NCBI GenBank assembly: GCA_040954595.2
Contig: CM082595.2
Span: 4,139,943-4,203,942, forward strand
DNA: 64,000 nucleotides
Source: Balanoglossus misakiensis
Taxonomy: Eukaryota; Animalia; Hemichordata
Direction: 5' to 3'
Every line of letters starts with the position of its first letter. Within the stretch, counting starts at the first letter, position 1. The position numbers were made by a program, and so were the translations under genes. Of the stretch, positions 10,101-23,200 are shown one piece after another. The notes beneath the pieces were generated by a model. The model saw nothing but the letters and a program-made list of their open reading frames with translations. It searched no databases and was not told the origin of the DNA.

Positions 10101-12935
10101 CAGAAAAGACACAATAAACTTACAATGAAGCAGATTTGTTATAATTTCTTCGTATGTCTTGAATGTGTTTAGAAGTCAATTCCTGTAAAAGTAACACAAT
10201 CTTAGATTAGTGGAAAAGTATCATAAACTCTATAATATTCACAAAATATCGCCATGTATGGATGAGGGTTCCATGCATCGAGGAAAATGTGTCAATGACT
10301 TACAGATCTGTGAAAATCTTCTAAGAAGTAGAGTTCTCGGGGACCCAAGAACTTGATCAAAGTCGAGGCTGACGGTCCTTCAGAGAACAGGACACAGCAC
10401 GTTAAGGCATGGTTTACGATTTGTACAACTGTGCCGTTCATATGCATTGCCACAGCTCGAAGGAGATCCTGAAAATAAAAAAAAAGAATGAAAATTATTT
10501 AAGGAATGCCACAGTGATGTATTTCTTTACGTAAAAAATCAAAAATCTTATACTGGTATCTTTTGATATAACCCCATTTTCTATAAACCATTTTATTTGT
10601 CTTTACATACCTCACTTTGGCCAACTTTATTTTTAACTTTTCCACTGTGTAAAGCCAGGTTGGCACAGGTTTGCAGGAGATTTACGACATTTTCCTTCAA
10701 GGGGTAGTACACTGTGAAAACAGCAATGAATAGGAGTTAGATATATATGTAGAACACCAGCGTTTACTGATGCCTTGAACCCAAAATGTTTCAATTTTTA
10801 CAGATCTGTGAAAATCTAAGAATTAGACTTCTTGGTGACTTGAGAACTTGACAAAAGTCACAGCAGAAGTACCTTCAGAGAAAAGGACATTCATACCCAG
10901 TGCCCACACTACAGACCACGCTTCATCTATGACACAGCCCTGAAAAGAAGGACAAGACATTAGAATAGGTACAGTACTAACCTCCAATTTCCAGAATTCT
11001 CACAATGTTGTGTTCCTGCACAAGAGTCCACGCCATGTCTTCGTTCAGGACCATCGAACAAAGTATTTTTGAAGACTGTTCTGTCATGTACACATCGTGC
11101 GCCGTGACGGGTGGTGTTCTGAGCCATCTCATAAGAGCCTAGGAAAAACAGAAAACAAAACATAAGTCCCTGCATCACTGTGTAACTTCCATGTGTGTGA
11201 TTTGTATTTGTCTATTGTCATTCACCAATATTCAGAGAAAGCAGTCTTTCTCTACAAAGGACCGATCTTCTTTTGTGAGATGAAGTATCATGTAAAATTT
11301 GTGGTAAAAATGGCAATGCTCCTTTACCTTCATTGTTACTGGGTCTTTTAAAATTAGTTGTCGATGTCGGTCATTCAGCTCAGCGCACAATCGTAACATT
11401 TTAATACTCTGCGACTGTAACGTATGGCTCCATTTCATGGCAACGTTTAGCATTTCCTGGTCATCTTGGAACGGTTTGTAGCCGAGCGATATGATGGTTT
11501 TCTCGTTACTATACGGCATAAGTCCCCCATGGTTGGAGGCCAGTATGTGCATTTCAAAGTCATTGGGGTTGTCCTTGGCCCATTTGTACAAGAGCTTGGC
11601 GGCAGTGTCTTTGTAGATCAACTTGCCCAGTTTGTGAATGGCTCCGCAGAAGACCGCTCTCTCACATGCTTCTTGGCTTTTTTCCGACAGGTGGCAGAGT
11701 GCTCGCACTGAAGTACAGGTTATCAGCACGCACGGTTCCTCAGCTGAAAGAAGAATCAAAAAGAAGATTCCCTAGTGAATTTGCTCAGGTAATCATAGTT
11801 TATAAGCTAGAGCAGCTGTAGACATACATTTCTTTTCTGAAGCTTTCTATAGATTTATCATCTACATCTCTTACACCAGAGAGAAACTTGATGACTGCTG
11901 AATTTCAGTCCAGTCTTGCATTTAGTTGTTGACCTTTGCACCCAGCTTTCACAAGAGCTGACTAACTGCATGTAGGTTCTACCATACAATGTACCCCCCC
12001 CTTCCCCTGGACATCTGCCTAACAGACATCACCCTTACCATAACTAACTTGTACTATAGTGAGAAACTGCATTAGAATTGAAAACATCATTTACCGTTCA
12101 CAAAAGTCATCATTGCTTCCACGTTGCCGTTTTTCAACATTTTGGGCAGATAAACCTTGATGAAACTGGTGGTCTCCGAATTGTAGAACAACTTGACTAT
12201 GTTTGAGAGGAGATCGATGCAGTAGTAGTGGACCAAATACCATGGGATTTCATTCTCCGTGTCTGTCGGGGCGATGATCCCCCTCTCGATTTTGTGGTCG
12301 TCCCGTTCGAAGTACAACTCCGGTATTCGTACTTGCAGGATTTTTGTTGCTATTCGGGTTATCCCAGCCTTGATGAGCACTTGGACATTGTCAATGCGTT
12401 TGTTGTCCTCATGTTTCTGTGTAGGAAATAAAGGTGGGGGTCTGTCATGTTAGACTGCTAATGCCACACCTGGGTTACTGGGTACAGGCAGGTTTGACCA
12501 TGCATCATCAGCGCCACATCAGATACTAGAGTCGAGGATACCGAGACTCGATTCTAGATATGTCTTAGCTGCAATGAAGGGTGCTGCCAGGTTGACTGGT
12601 GTGTTCCCAGTCAACGTAGCAGCACCAGCTACAATCATTGCAGCTCGATTTGTCTATGTCATGAAATGTACATGTGTAATCAACATTACCAATAGGCTGG
12701 CTTTTTCTGCAACGACATCGCTGAGGTGTTTGATGGTATACGATTGGACTCTCTGCCAGCTTTTGTCGTGTTTTAAGGCAAGAACCATAGCCTCCACACC
12801 AGCTGCAGCGTCCGAGTCCGCATTTCCACCCGTTATATTGGAAAGGAGGGCTTTGATCTTCTTGAGTCTCTGGGTTTCCGTGTGAAAACGACCTGCGAAA
12901 TCGCTGACATATTTCTGAATGTCTTCCCCTTTCAT
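7175..12935 (-). CDS. Eleven-exon gene, 718 aa: N-terminal ARM/HEAT-like helical region, TPR domain, C-terminal MYND zinc finger
   Basis: Kozak ccgccATG at 12935. Exons 12935-12690, 12416-12095, 11743-11328, 11138-10982, 10711-10611, 10468-10304, 10182-10124, 9840-9598, 8927-8815, 7842-7685 and 7351-7175 are phase-consistent. TPR: LKAEGNEFFKKGAYQEALEKYTEAI / CNRAQCYLYLKEYRKAVDDCDQAI / KAMYRRSKAL. MYND: CGYC..CANC..YCSKECQLMAWEKGHKTNC. The ARM-like call is inference. Confidence 0.9.
7391..7530. repeat. Imperfect (TACA)n microsatellite
   Basis: Long acatacatacat run with interruptions. Confidence 0.9.
8121..8205. mobile_element. piggyBac-like MITE (85 bp)
   Basis: TTAA|CCCTTTCACC...GGTGAAAGGG|TTAA: CCC/GGG terminal inverted repeats with a TTAA duplication. 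Confidence 0.85.
8991..9093. mobile_element. Tc1/mariner-pogo-type MITE, copy 1
   Basis: TA|CAGTCGAACCTGT...ACAGGTTTGACAG|TA with internal tggcca repeats. The first ~53 bp match the reverse complement of 39149-39201. Confidence 0.8.
9228..9575. mobile_element. Kolobok-like MITE with ~65-bp TIRs and TTAA duplication
   Basis: TTAA|AGGGACAAAGTCTCTCT...ttccattaattatgtttgatacaagacaccatttatg is inverted at cataaatggtgtcttgtatcaaatataattaatggaa...AGAGAGACTTTGTCCCT|TTAA. Confidence 0.85.
10798..10890 (-). pseudogene. Decayed intronic duplicate of the 3' part of exon 6 (10304-10394) of the TPR-MYND gene
   Basis: TGTCCTTTTCTCTGAAGG...TCAAGTTCT...GATTTTCACAGATCTGTAA aligns with exon 6. It carries a TAC>TAA stop and a 3-nt deletion. 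Confidence 0.75.
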
Positions 12936-13055
12936 GGCGGAATCTGAAAACGCCGAATCCAACAGACACTTCTTAGACTCTTATTCTCACACACTTCCTA
13001 ATCAGGATGTGCACACAACTCAGTGAAATCCACGATGTCTCAAATCTCAGAACCT

Positions 13056-13110
13056 ACGTGACCTGACGTGTACTTCCGATTCCAACAACACAACAAAGAT
13101 GGCGCTGAGG
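13056..13110. promoter_or_regulatory. Housekeeping-type promoter motifs upstream of the TPR-MYND gene
   Basis: TGACGTG (CRE/E-box-like), ACTTCCG (ETS/GABP) and AAGATGGCG (YY1) cluster 120-170 bp upstream of the ATG. Confidence 0.55.
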
Positions 13111-14512
13111 GTCAAAGGTTAACTGTTCCCAATGGCGCTTGCGACCAAACCAAAACAAACAAACAAAACACTTGGCTGTTCTGGAGACGTGAGCTTCTAG
13201 GCAAAGTGTGCTTTTCTTTGGGGAATATTCAACGGTTCAATTAATCCAAAATGTATCGTATGTTTGTTAGGAAGCTGATACTAACTATAGAATATAGAAG
13301 GCTACTATCTCTGTCTAAACTTAGGTGTGGTGTGTGGTGTTTTTGGAAACTTGACAGCCTAGGCCCTAATGACACGTATTTTCCTATCCAAAAATAGCTT
13401 TATAGGCCTACATGTAATGTGCGTCTTAAATATCTCAGTCTTAGACATTTTCCTAATATTTTGCTCAAGGAAACCTTATAGTATTCCATTAAAATTGAGG
13501 GCAAAATAGGGTCTTCCCAAAGTTGTGTCAAACTTGACAAAATGGCCGCCAATCTCAGTGTTGACTATTTATTTTGTTTTCCCCTTCTACTACAACTTTC
13601 AGCTTTAAAATAATATATCAATATCTTGTAAATATATTTTAACTATGCATTAAAATAACACACACCGAAACAAAAAAATATTAGGCCTATTTGCCCACAC
13701 ATAATTTTATTAATATCACAAATAAAACAATACAATTAATCTATCGTAAATAACTCGAGATTTAATAATTTAATGCAAGAAAATATTTCTTAAAGCGCGG
13801 TGACATAGTGTTTTCTTTATATATTATATCAATACTCCTATTTAGGCACGTTTTGGGAAAATTTCAAAAATGACGATGTTGCAACAGTGTTTTCTCAAAA
13901 TTCTACATGCAAGGCTATGGAACGTGATAACAATGTACCGCATATGGGTATAGTCATCTATCTTAAGGTGTTTAAGATTGAGTGTAGTTATCGTCAAAGT
14001 TCAGTATCTCAAAAAAAGTCCGCATACATAACGTCACATTATTACCCAAGTAGACAGAAATATTAATGTAACAGGACGTTATTCTAACCAGCAGCTAAGT
14101 TACTAATACAAAGATACACGAAACTTAGAACAATGTTATAAGTGTTAACGTTGCTTGTTTTAGAATAAAACAATTTAACAGTGGTAGGCCTACAGATGTG
14201 GGAATATTTAAAATTTCTCTTAAGGTGTCGTGATATTTATGCTGTTAATTTTGTATTTTCTGTGCAATAGTAAATCAAGCTAACGTATAATTTTGTGAGT
14301 GCCTAGTGCAGGTCAATATAATTTCTGATCATTAATGATATGATTCTACTCTAAAATAAATGGAAACATGCAGACAAGAATAGATGATTTTCTGCACATT
14401 GCGAGATCTCGCGATACTTGCTTAATTATCGTATCAGTAGGTTGCTGGCCAAGTAATGTCGTTTGTCATTGTGTCACATGAGAATGTCCTCCCATATTAA
14501 TTGCCTAACCAC

Positions 14513-14557
14513 GTGAGATCTCGCGGGGTCTTGTGGAGTTCAGAAAATGGTCTATTA
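14513..14557. repeat. Dispersed repeat end (probable MITE terminus); inverted copy at 51714-51756
   Basis: gagatctcgcggggtcttgtggagttcagaaaatggtctatt versus the reverse complement of aataaaccattttccgaactccacaagaccctgcgagatctc. Confidence 0.7.
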
Positions 14558-14585
14558 AGCATATATTTTTCCACCACTGCTTCCC

Positions 14586-17500
14586 CTATTTTTCTCCGAT
14601 GCTATTCTCGTCGGAGTTACCACCATCCAGTGAGATTGTGGACATCACCGACTTGGCCCCATTACTACCAATGGGCAACTTGCCCGACGCCGAACTACTT
14701 TCGCGCGTGTGCATACTCTTCGCAACCTCCGCCAGGAAACTGCGACCGAATGACGCAAAGATGAAAATTCCCTGCGAGGCGTTGAGCAGGGTGAACACGT
14801 AGTCCACGGCGGTGCTGTGTGCAAACGGCTGGGCGAGACCGAACACCCAGGTGACGCCCAGTACGCTGGCCAGCCGCAAGCTTATGACCAACTGCCGCTT
14901 GTTTGTGGAGTACGTCTTGTTCTCGATGTTCTTGTCAGTCTTAAGCATGCTGAATCGCACACTGACAAGAGCAACGCAGAAACAGACGACATTGAACACT
15001 ATCAACGCCGCCACCGGGGTTAGAAAAAACGCCACCAGAGCCGTCTGGTTTTGGATCCAACAGTACTCCCCCTGGCCGTAGCCAACTGCAAGGCTTGAGC
15101 AGTCGCAGAAGTCTATGACAACAGCAACTGCAACCACACCGGCTGGTAGGCCCCATGCGACCAAGGAGTAGCGGACGAACAGGCTGGTGTCGAACCCCGA
15201 GCTCCGCACAAGCATGCGCAGTCGAAAGACTCGACAGATATCACAGGCAATGACCGCCATCCAGGAGAAGGACGCCAGCCACAGATAATGCGCCAGGACC
15301 GCCATCACTCGGCAGACGTGAGGTAAATGGGACAGGTTCACCACCGTTATCAACAGGAGGTGCGACAAGAAGAGCGTGGCGCACAGACAAGACATCATGT
15401 AGCCAGGCATGTTGTGGTAGGACGGGAGGACAGCATGGGACACGAGGCACAGGAAGAGACCAACCAACGATAGGATAGTGCAGACGAGGCTTATCCAACC
15501 TAAGACTTCATCAGAAAGGGCACTTTCCTGCATAGCCATACTGTTAACGCAGGCATAGTACAACCACTCGCCAGAGAACTCTGAAAACAAGCGAACAAAC
15601 TCGGTCGTTTCCAGTTGAAAAGCGTGGTAGGCGAAGGCCAGGACATGCTTGTGCGCCCGATTCAAAAGTTGCCACTCTTCCACCACGAAGGTTATTCCAT
15701 CCGTGCAAACCCAACCCAACGGGCGGCAAATTTCAACCGAATAGTGCATCATCATATCAAAAGCTGAGCTCTGGGACGCCAAGGCATTGCTAGAGTATAA
15801 TTGGCTAGTTTGTGTCCATCTCAATTGACGAGTGAAATAAGACTCACCAGTCACATTGAAATGAACGTAAGCTTTCTTAAGCTGCAGAGCAAACGCATCT
15901 TCCAATAAAACGACCTCGTTGATTGTACCATTGGTACAAAAGTGATCGTTTTCTAGGTTGGCAGAGTGAAATGCCGTCATCAAATGAAATTCGAGGACCC
16001 CAAATGACAGCCCCATGTCTCTGACTGCCCCGAAACAGGTTCTACTAAAAGCACCAAAGTCAGAGGTATGAATTCTCACGACTAAATGCAACCTGGTTAC
16101 TCGTCCAGTTTGTTCTAGGCTTGAGATGTTTTGAAATTCTGCCAAACTAGCCAGTCCATTCAAGATTTTGCTTTGGATGTCTGAACTGATTTGGAAGATT
16201 TCTTCCTCCGATTTTGCCGGGCTGTCTTGAGAGGCGTCCCCGAAGACGACGGTCAGAACCCACGAGGAGGAATCGTGTTTGGGCAGATTTGTGATATTCG
16301 TCGGCGATTGCCGTTGGAAACTTGTAACGGCTGGGACGTGGCGACAATCAGGGTCGACCAGGAAGGACCCACCTACGCAAGACGAATTGATCTGCAACAT
16401 GATCTCCTCCTCCGTTCTGTGCTGCGGTTGTACACTTAAAATGCTCCTGCCATCCGCTCGCAGGTCAAAAATTACCTTCAAACTCGGAAAACCGCGACCC
16501 GTGAGACTTCTGCCTTCTATACCACAGAAATTTATCTGGTAGCCACTGCAATAAGCGCAGTGTACGTTTTTGAAGTATGTTTCAGGGACAGTAACTCCGG
16601 TGGAGCACATTGAAAAATTCGCCTGGCAGTAGTTCTGCCAGAGCTCGTAAACATCATCATCAGAGAACAAAGTGGGGTCGCAGGTGGATATGTAATGAGT
16701 GCAGGTTCTAATACGTGCATGTTCTATGGGTAGTTCATGAGCAACATTACAGTCTGGGAAGGAGGAGAGCTTCTCCAGAGCGCTGTCCACGTCACCACCC
16801 AGAGCATCGTCTATGTCGTTCCTCTCGTAGCAGTACCACTTGGTCTTGAAGTACAGCATCTGAGTCTGGTTTTCACCGTGGCAGATGCTGCAGAAGATGT
16901 TGGCGTACGGCTGCAGGTGTTGTTCCGAGATGACGGGGATGTCCAAGGTGGCCGCGTTCACATCTGCAAGACCAACACCGGAGAGAAGAAACACTTGAGT
17001 CGTTCATAGCTGCCGTGTGAGTGAAATGTAGGCCCAGTCGATTACTGCCCACGAGAACTTTATTTTCATAATTTGGTTAACGACGCAATCATCAACTGCG
17101 AGTAACAATTACTTCAGCAACATACTAGTATGTTGGCCGAACATTGCAGAATGGTCTTGTTTTAAGGTTAATTTCTGTTAACATGACATTTGGTCTTTGT
17201 ACTTACTTGATAGGGCGTCTCTCTCGTCCTGTGACAAGTCATTCGTGCACAGCCTGCGAACTTCGTCATCTCTCCAGTCTGACGGACAACCGTGTATCGT
17301 CCACAGGCCACGGTAGTGTGTCTGGGACACGTCGCACTGCTGCCAGCTGCCTTCGCTGGGGACGACGAAGTCTTCCCTCCTCTGGTCTGCAGGCACGATC
17401 TGCTGGAGCACCGCGGATCTGTCTTCGTCCGACCAGTCGTGCGAGCCGCACGCCTGCTCGAAATCGTGGCAGCACTCGCCGTACTGCCGGCAGTGGTAGT

Positions 17501-17765
17501 CGCAGTGACACGACCACATGTGTTCCCCGTAGGCGGGCCAATACACGGGGTCGCCACAGCGTGTTGTTCCGTTGCCGTACATGCACGAATTGTAGTTGCT
17601 CGTATGTCGTGATAATCGGCATAGCTGACTGGAGACATCGAAGTACTGCGGGTCGATTTTAGGGTACTGGTATTCCTCATACTCTGGTTCCATATGCAAA
17701 CCCAACGTGTGGACTGATGCGACCATTTGAAGAAGCAAGCAAGTGTACATCAACGGGCGACCCAT
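14586..17765 (-). CDS. Family B (Methuselah/adhesion-like) 7TM GPCR with somatomedin-B domain, 978 aa, two coding exons
   Basis: Signal peptide MGRPLMYTCLLLQMVASVHTLG and SMB motif CHCDYHCRQYGECCHDFEQAC. Intron 17206-16964 is phase 1. Cys-rich PV....YANIFCSICHG and YFKNVHCAYC repeats precede a 7TM with HNMPG, HYLWLASFSWM, YSLVAWGLP, CWI, GVTWVFG and LNASQGIFIF. No GPS motif seen. Confidence 0.92.
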
Positions 17766-18769
17766 ATCGTAGCCACCACTGTTCTGCACTAACAGACTCA
17801 ATCTGGAATGATTAAAACGAAAGAAATATACCATGTGTGTTACCCTCCTTTACATAAACATGTGCGTACATAATGGTTGGATAGATTTACCCATTTCCTT
17901 GAGACAACGGCGATTGCTTTGTGAGATACAATCAAATCACCAGCATGCTTTAACTGCAGCCAGCGTCAAACCTGCACAATTTCTATCAGATGAAATGATC
18001 CAACTTACCTGACTGAGAAGTCAGCTAGTTACAGAGTCCCTTCATGCTGCCAGCATCTGGTTAAATTGTGCACCCAAAGCGGTCTTATATTTCCCATCGC
18101 TCAGGAAGATTAATTTCGAACAATAGCTTTTTACAGGATGTACAATTATCGAGAGGGTATTGTTGGGGAGTGATGCTTCCCTACTACAAACGCTCCAAAC
18201 AAAGCCTGCGCGCGTCTGTTTCTCAGAGGACCCAATCCAGTCGTCAATTTTCACAAAACCGTTTCCTCGGACAGCTATCTTACAGAATGGCAAGAGCTCT
18301 TCGTCTGCTCCTGTTATTCATAGTTTGAGATTTCCTTTGCATTGTCTTGTAGGTGTAGGGAAATCGTCGATTTCAGTGTTCCCGTTCTTGTCGAATCATT
18401 TTCACACATAATGTGCGAAGACACACCTGAAGTGTTTGGAAAATCACTTTTGTTTCAAAGGCTGTGACGCATCTGAAAAAGCAGTTTTGTTCAGCGTCAG
18501 CAAAATACAATGTACATTTACTGTCATTTTGTAGTGTTTTGATAACACTCCTTTCTGTCTGCCAAATTGTGATGTTTTGCTGACACCTCGCCATTCACTC
18601 ACTTCAAGACTTCTTTCTCTCTTTGTTCAACTTAAGCAAGTGCTCAAGATTCTACCGGTACTTGCTGTCTGTATCTTCCTGTACTTGTCAGTGTTTTTAT
18701 CTTAAGTCAATCACTCGGGAACTATGCTCAAAGATGATGTACTTGAACAGTTGTACATTCAAGCATGCA

Positions 18770-18818
18770 TCTCTCTCTCTCTCTCTCTCCCTCCCTCCCT
18801 CCCCTCTCTCTCTGTCTC
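18770..18818. repeat. (CT)n polypyrimidine microsatellite
   Basis: tctctctctctctctctctccctccctccctcccctctctctctgtctc. Confidence 0.9.
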
Positions 18819-20243
18819 ACAAAATCATGGCGATGTCTGTTCTTTGCTTAGTTTAAGTTAATATATTCAATTTTGAAATCAAATACAAGTTGGTTTAATA
18901 TAATATTTAATTGAACTTTACATACACATTTATAATAACGTCAAATATACTGCAGATATAAAAATCATACAAGACAATATAAAAATATTAAAATAATGGT
19001 TCTTAAGGCTGGGGAATCGGTAAAGAAATTATAGTGTGGACACGTTCCATGCCGCTTTACGGAAACTGCTGGCTATATCAACAATGCAATGTTTTATATA
19101 TCAATAACAAACAGATATACGCCAAAGATATATTAATAGATAAAAGTACAGTCCATTACAAATACATTGCGATATATCACACATAAAATGTCAAAGTCGT
19201 GGTAAAATGGAGAAATGCGCCTTTCTGTGAAAAGGGTTGGATATAGCAAAATGTACTTTACAATACACGAAACTTGATAAGCACGAAACTAGCACATACA
19301 TGGTATAAGTATTTCAAAACGTGAAACTGTGTGTTTTTATTCGAAATTAAGATACAAACACCCGCATCCTTAACACATATCAAATTTCAGAGTCACCGTA
19401 TTTCAAATTCTCTCGCTATCAAACACGACTCTTTTACATTTCCTCGACATCAGGTAGAAACAGGGAACCTATAAAATGTATTTTCACTCTCACATTTAAA
19501 TGTAATACCAAATGTAACCGTGAATATAAATCCGATTTATTCTTTCTGTGCACCGTTAAATTAACAAAAAAGTATACCCATAATGTTTACATACGGAACT
19601 ATACAGTATACAGAACGCGCCAAATCTTTTAAGCGCGCCATAGGACAATACAGAAGGCGCGTCGCGCACAGTCACATCTCCTTATATGTACAAGTCGACC
19701 ATATGTAATAGAATGTGCAACATCAAAATACATAAATCTGTCATAGTAAGATCAAAACATGTAAACTCTTATATGTTATAGATTCTGTGAAATAAGTAAG
19801 TCATATTATGTAAAAATAATTATTGTAAAATTACAATAATTAATTGTAAAGCAAGAAATTGAATTGATAATACCAGTAAATGGCTTAGGGCCTACAGTCA
19901 GATATTCAAGAAGATTCAACCCCGCCTTCAAACAACATAGAGAAATCAAGAGATGATTTTTATAGTTTAGGATATATATTTGTTTCACTTGGCGTTCGGA
20001 TAATCGACGTTCTACTGTACTATATGAATACTGTGAACTATTACACGTTTCATTAAAACACAAAAGATACCCAGGCGATCATGGACAGACCGATAATGGA
20101 ACGGATTAGTAGAACAAGACGTTGTCGTATAGGTGTGGTCTGGATCCGCAGTCGAGACGGTGGTTTGCCAGGCATCGCCTGCAATAGTCCTTCGGCTTGT
20201 CATCCTCGGCCATTTCCGACCAGATGTCGGCTATCACATCGGT

Positions 20244-23200
20244 CTACCACCATATGCCTTGGCACCTTTCCTCGGGGTTCATGAGTGACCCAACTGGACA
20301 TTTGAAAGCATCGGCGAATTCCTTCATTTGTGACAGTGGTCCAATGACTCTGCAAAATGTAATATAAATAATATTGACAGGATGTTGTTGTTGTTGTTGT
20401 TGTTGAAAGCGAATTTCAACGAGCGTGCACGATGTAGCATAATCGAAAGTAACCCTACCTGAACATTTCCGGTGAGTGGACGTCAGTAAGTACCAGCCCC
20501 TGTATAGCTTCCGGTCGTCTTGCTGTGCACCAATTCTGAAATTATACATGAGCCACTTATTGTAACAATGATCTGACAAGAGCACGAGAAAACATGAATG
20601 TGAAAACGAGGGGGATTCTGCTAAAGCCTTGTATACAAATCACAGTCTCTCCTACCGTGAAAAAACACATGGCAGGAAAGCTCATAACACCGCAAATGTT
20701 GTATTAGTTCCTGGAACGCACTTAGATGGAACAACGTTTAATTCATTGCACTTCAGGTGTCACAGCGCCCCGTGTCAGAAACCTTTATAGGTTGTGTCGT
20801 TGAAGCTGTCTTGTGTACAGACAACCTACTGGTGTACACCTTATAGCGTGCATATTCGGAGAAAAACGTGTCTGGACACTCACCTGCGAATAAGCCAGGA
20901 AGAACAGCTGATCTTGAGTCATGTTTACACCTGGTAATGGTAACTCTTCGCCACGTCGTTGTGTAACTCTTTTGTACGCCTATGGGGGAGGAAACGTCCA
21001 ATTGGATTATCTTACACTCAGCACATGTCTCTATTAAAAATATACATCTCCCTTTTTCCATTTGCAGAGATAAATGCGACTATTTCGCAGGGTAAATGTA
21101 AAATTAAATGTGGGATTGAGCGATAATTAGCCTGTAACTCACGCGAAAAGACTGTAGTAAGCCAGCGATGTCGGCGATGTTCTCTCCCAGAGTGGTAACG
21201 CCGTTTAGCTGTGAAAACAAGTTCGGAAAAATGTTAACAAAATGCATTGGGCAGTAGACATATACATATGCACCCACCAGCCCACTTACAAGTATATGAG
21301 GATGGGGGGGGGGGGGGGGGGTTGGTTTATATCTTCTAAAGAGATGGCGAAAATCTATATACGGTGAAGTGCATTTTAATTTTACCAATCAATCATTCAT
21401 CAAGAGTAAACAAATCAGACAATTGGAACAAACTTTCATATTTTTATTGAATTTTGTGACCGAATGGCCAGTTGCCGGGTTTCTTGCACTTGCGCAGTGG
21501 ATATAACTGTGACCCACTGACACAATATTGGACTGGCAAACTCATGGGGTTGAGTAAAGTTCACTGTCCTTTTCAGCTGTAAGGTCACCTCTGTCGTCCT
21601 GGGGAGAACCATTTGACTTCTGGGGTGATGGAATATTTCGGTATATATTAGCATTTTTTTCAGCCACCGTTACAGCAATTTGTTTTCAATTGCCTGTCCA
21701 CCTTTTTCATCAAGGCACTGGGGAAGAAATTTTCCTCCCAGCCATCTACATGTACCATCACCTCCCAATCCCCCATCCATACCCCCCAAAATAAATGGTG
21801 CTCTCCTTAGTGATCGGGCAAGTTTTTTGTTCCCACGAGTCTTTCACAGTCACATCCCCAGTTTCAACTATCAAATTATTTTTCCTTTCCTGCTTTCCAT
21901 AGTAGTAAACTACTGGGCTGGGCATTTTGAACTCAAGGTGCAATATTATTAGCGTGACATCTAGGAAAAGTTTCAGCACGTTTATTTTTTATTTTCGCTT
22001 GGTGAATATTCATGTAATTGACTGCTTAAAAATACAGCTTGACCTGACTGGATCATTTTTTTTATTCATGGTTGTCTAGACAGCTGGAAAGAAAAACAAA
22101 CCCCAGCGACCAGACAGTTTGGCACCGACGTTTCCTGTTTTTCCTGTCTGGCCTGAACAGAGTAGCGACGTGCACGCCAGTGTGTGACTGGACGGCTTGC
22201 GGATAGCACGTGCTTCCGCGGCCATGAAGTTTGTGTAGACGTTGTGAAGTACCGGTAAGTCCATTCCTTGTGCACAATTCGCTTTCCGCAGTCCTGATCC
22301 TAGTGCATTTTTCAACAAACTAATCGTTGTGTGCTTTTTGAGGAATAATTGTAATGCAAAAAACTTTTATTTATGTGTTGTAGAAATGATCACCGCGGTT
22401 ATCCCAAGATGCATAGGTTCCCACGTCATATATGGTAATCGAAGAGGCAGGCAACGCGACGACTCATGCCGGCTGCACCGCCGTCGCGTTTGTCACCGAC
22501 TGTCGTACTTGCCCTTTGCCAAACTACTGAGTTTATGTGAAGTTGGACACATCGGTGCGGTTGGAAAAAGGTAGAGTTAATCCTTCGTTCATGTGGTCAT
22601 TACGATCGTTTCGATGTGTCGTGAAAGACGTCTATCTGACATTTTAAGCGTGAGGGCCAGGCTGCGCTGCCTCGTCAGATCGGCGAGGATTGTCGTACAC
22701 GTGTGATTCGTTCAAGGGGTGTCAGTGCTTACAAAATTATATTACAAACTGTCGAGGGTTCGAACACAGACAATCGTCATGTTCCGCTTGTTTCCATGGA
22801 ATATTTGGAAATGATTTTTGATATACCTTGCAGAGACATACAACGGATGCTGTGCCTGTGCTCACAGAAGTCCCTCGCGACCAATGATGATGATTGATGT
22901 CTACAATACAGGCCATTTTCGATTCCCACGAGGAATGTGAGATGCTTCGCAAGATGGTTCAAATTACATAGGACGATGCACGAGTGTCTGGACAGAGATC
23001 GACTGCCTGCCAGGTATATGTTGCAAGTAAGTTATGATTTTTCTTTATTGAATCGGCAATCGGGCTAGTGACATTGTTTTTTGGCTGTGCTGGGGAGTCT
23101 TTTTCGCTCGTCCGGGGGGGGGGGGGGGGGGGGTAAGCACCTTGTTTTTTGGCTGTACTGGGGAGTCTTTTTCGTTCGTCGGGGGGGGGGGGGGTAAGCA

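Noticed and set aside
10898-10939. Possible extra mini-exon in the TPR-MYND gene
   Set aside because: It needs a ~40-nt intron and introduces a stop in the required phase; skipping it gives a clean frame.
17144-17680. Several overlapping 100-170 aa ORFs in other frames
   Set aside because: These are shadow ORFs of the GC-rich SMB exon of the GPCR.
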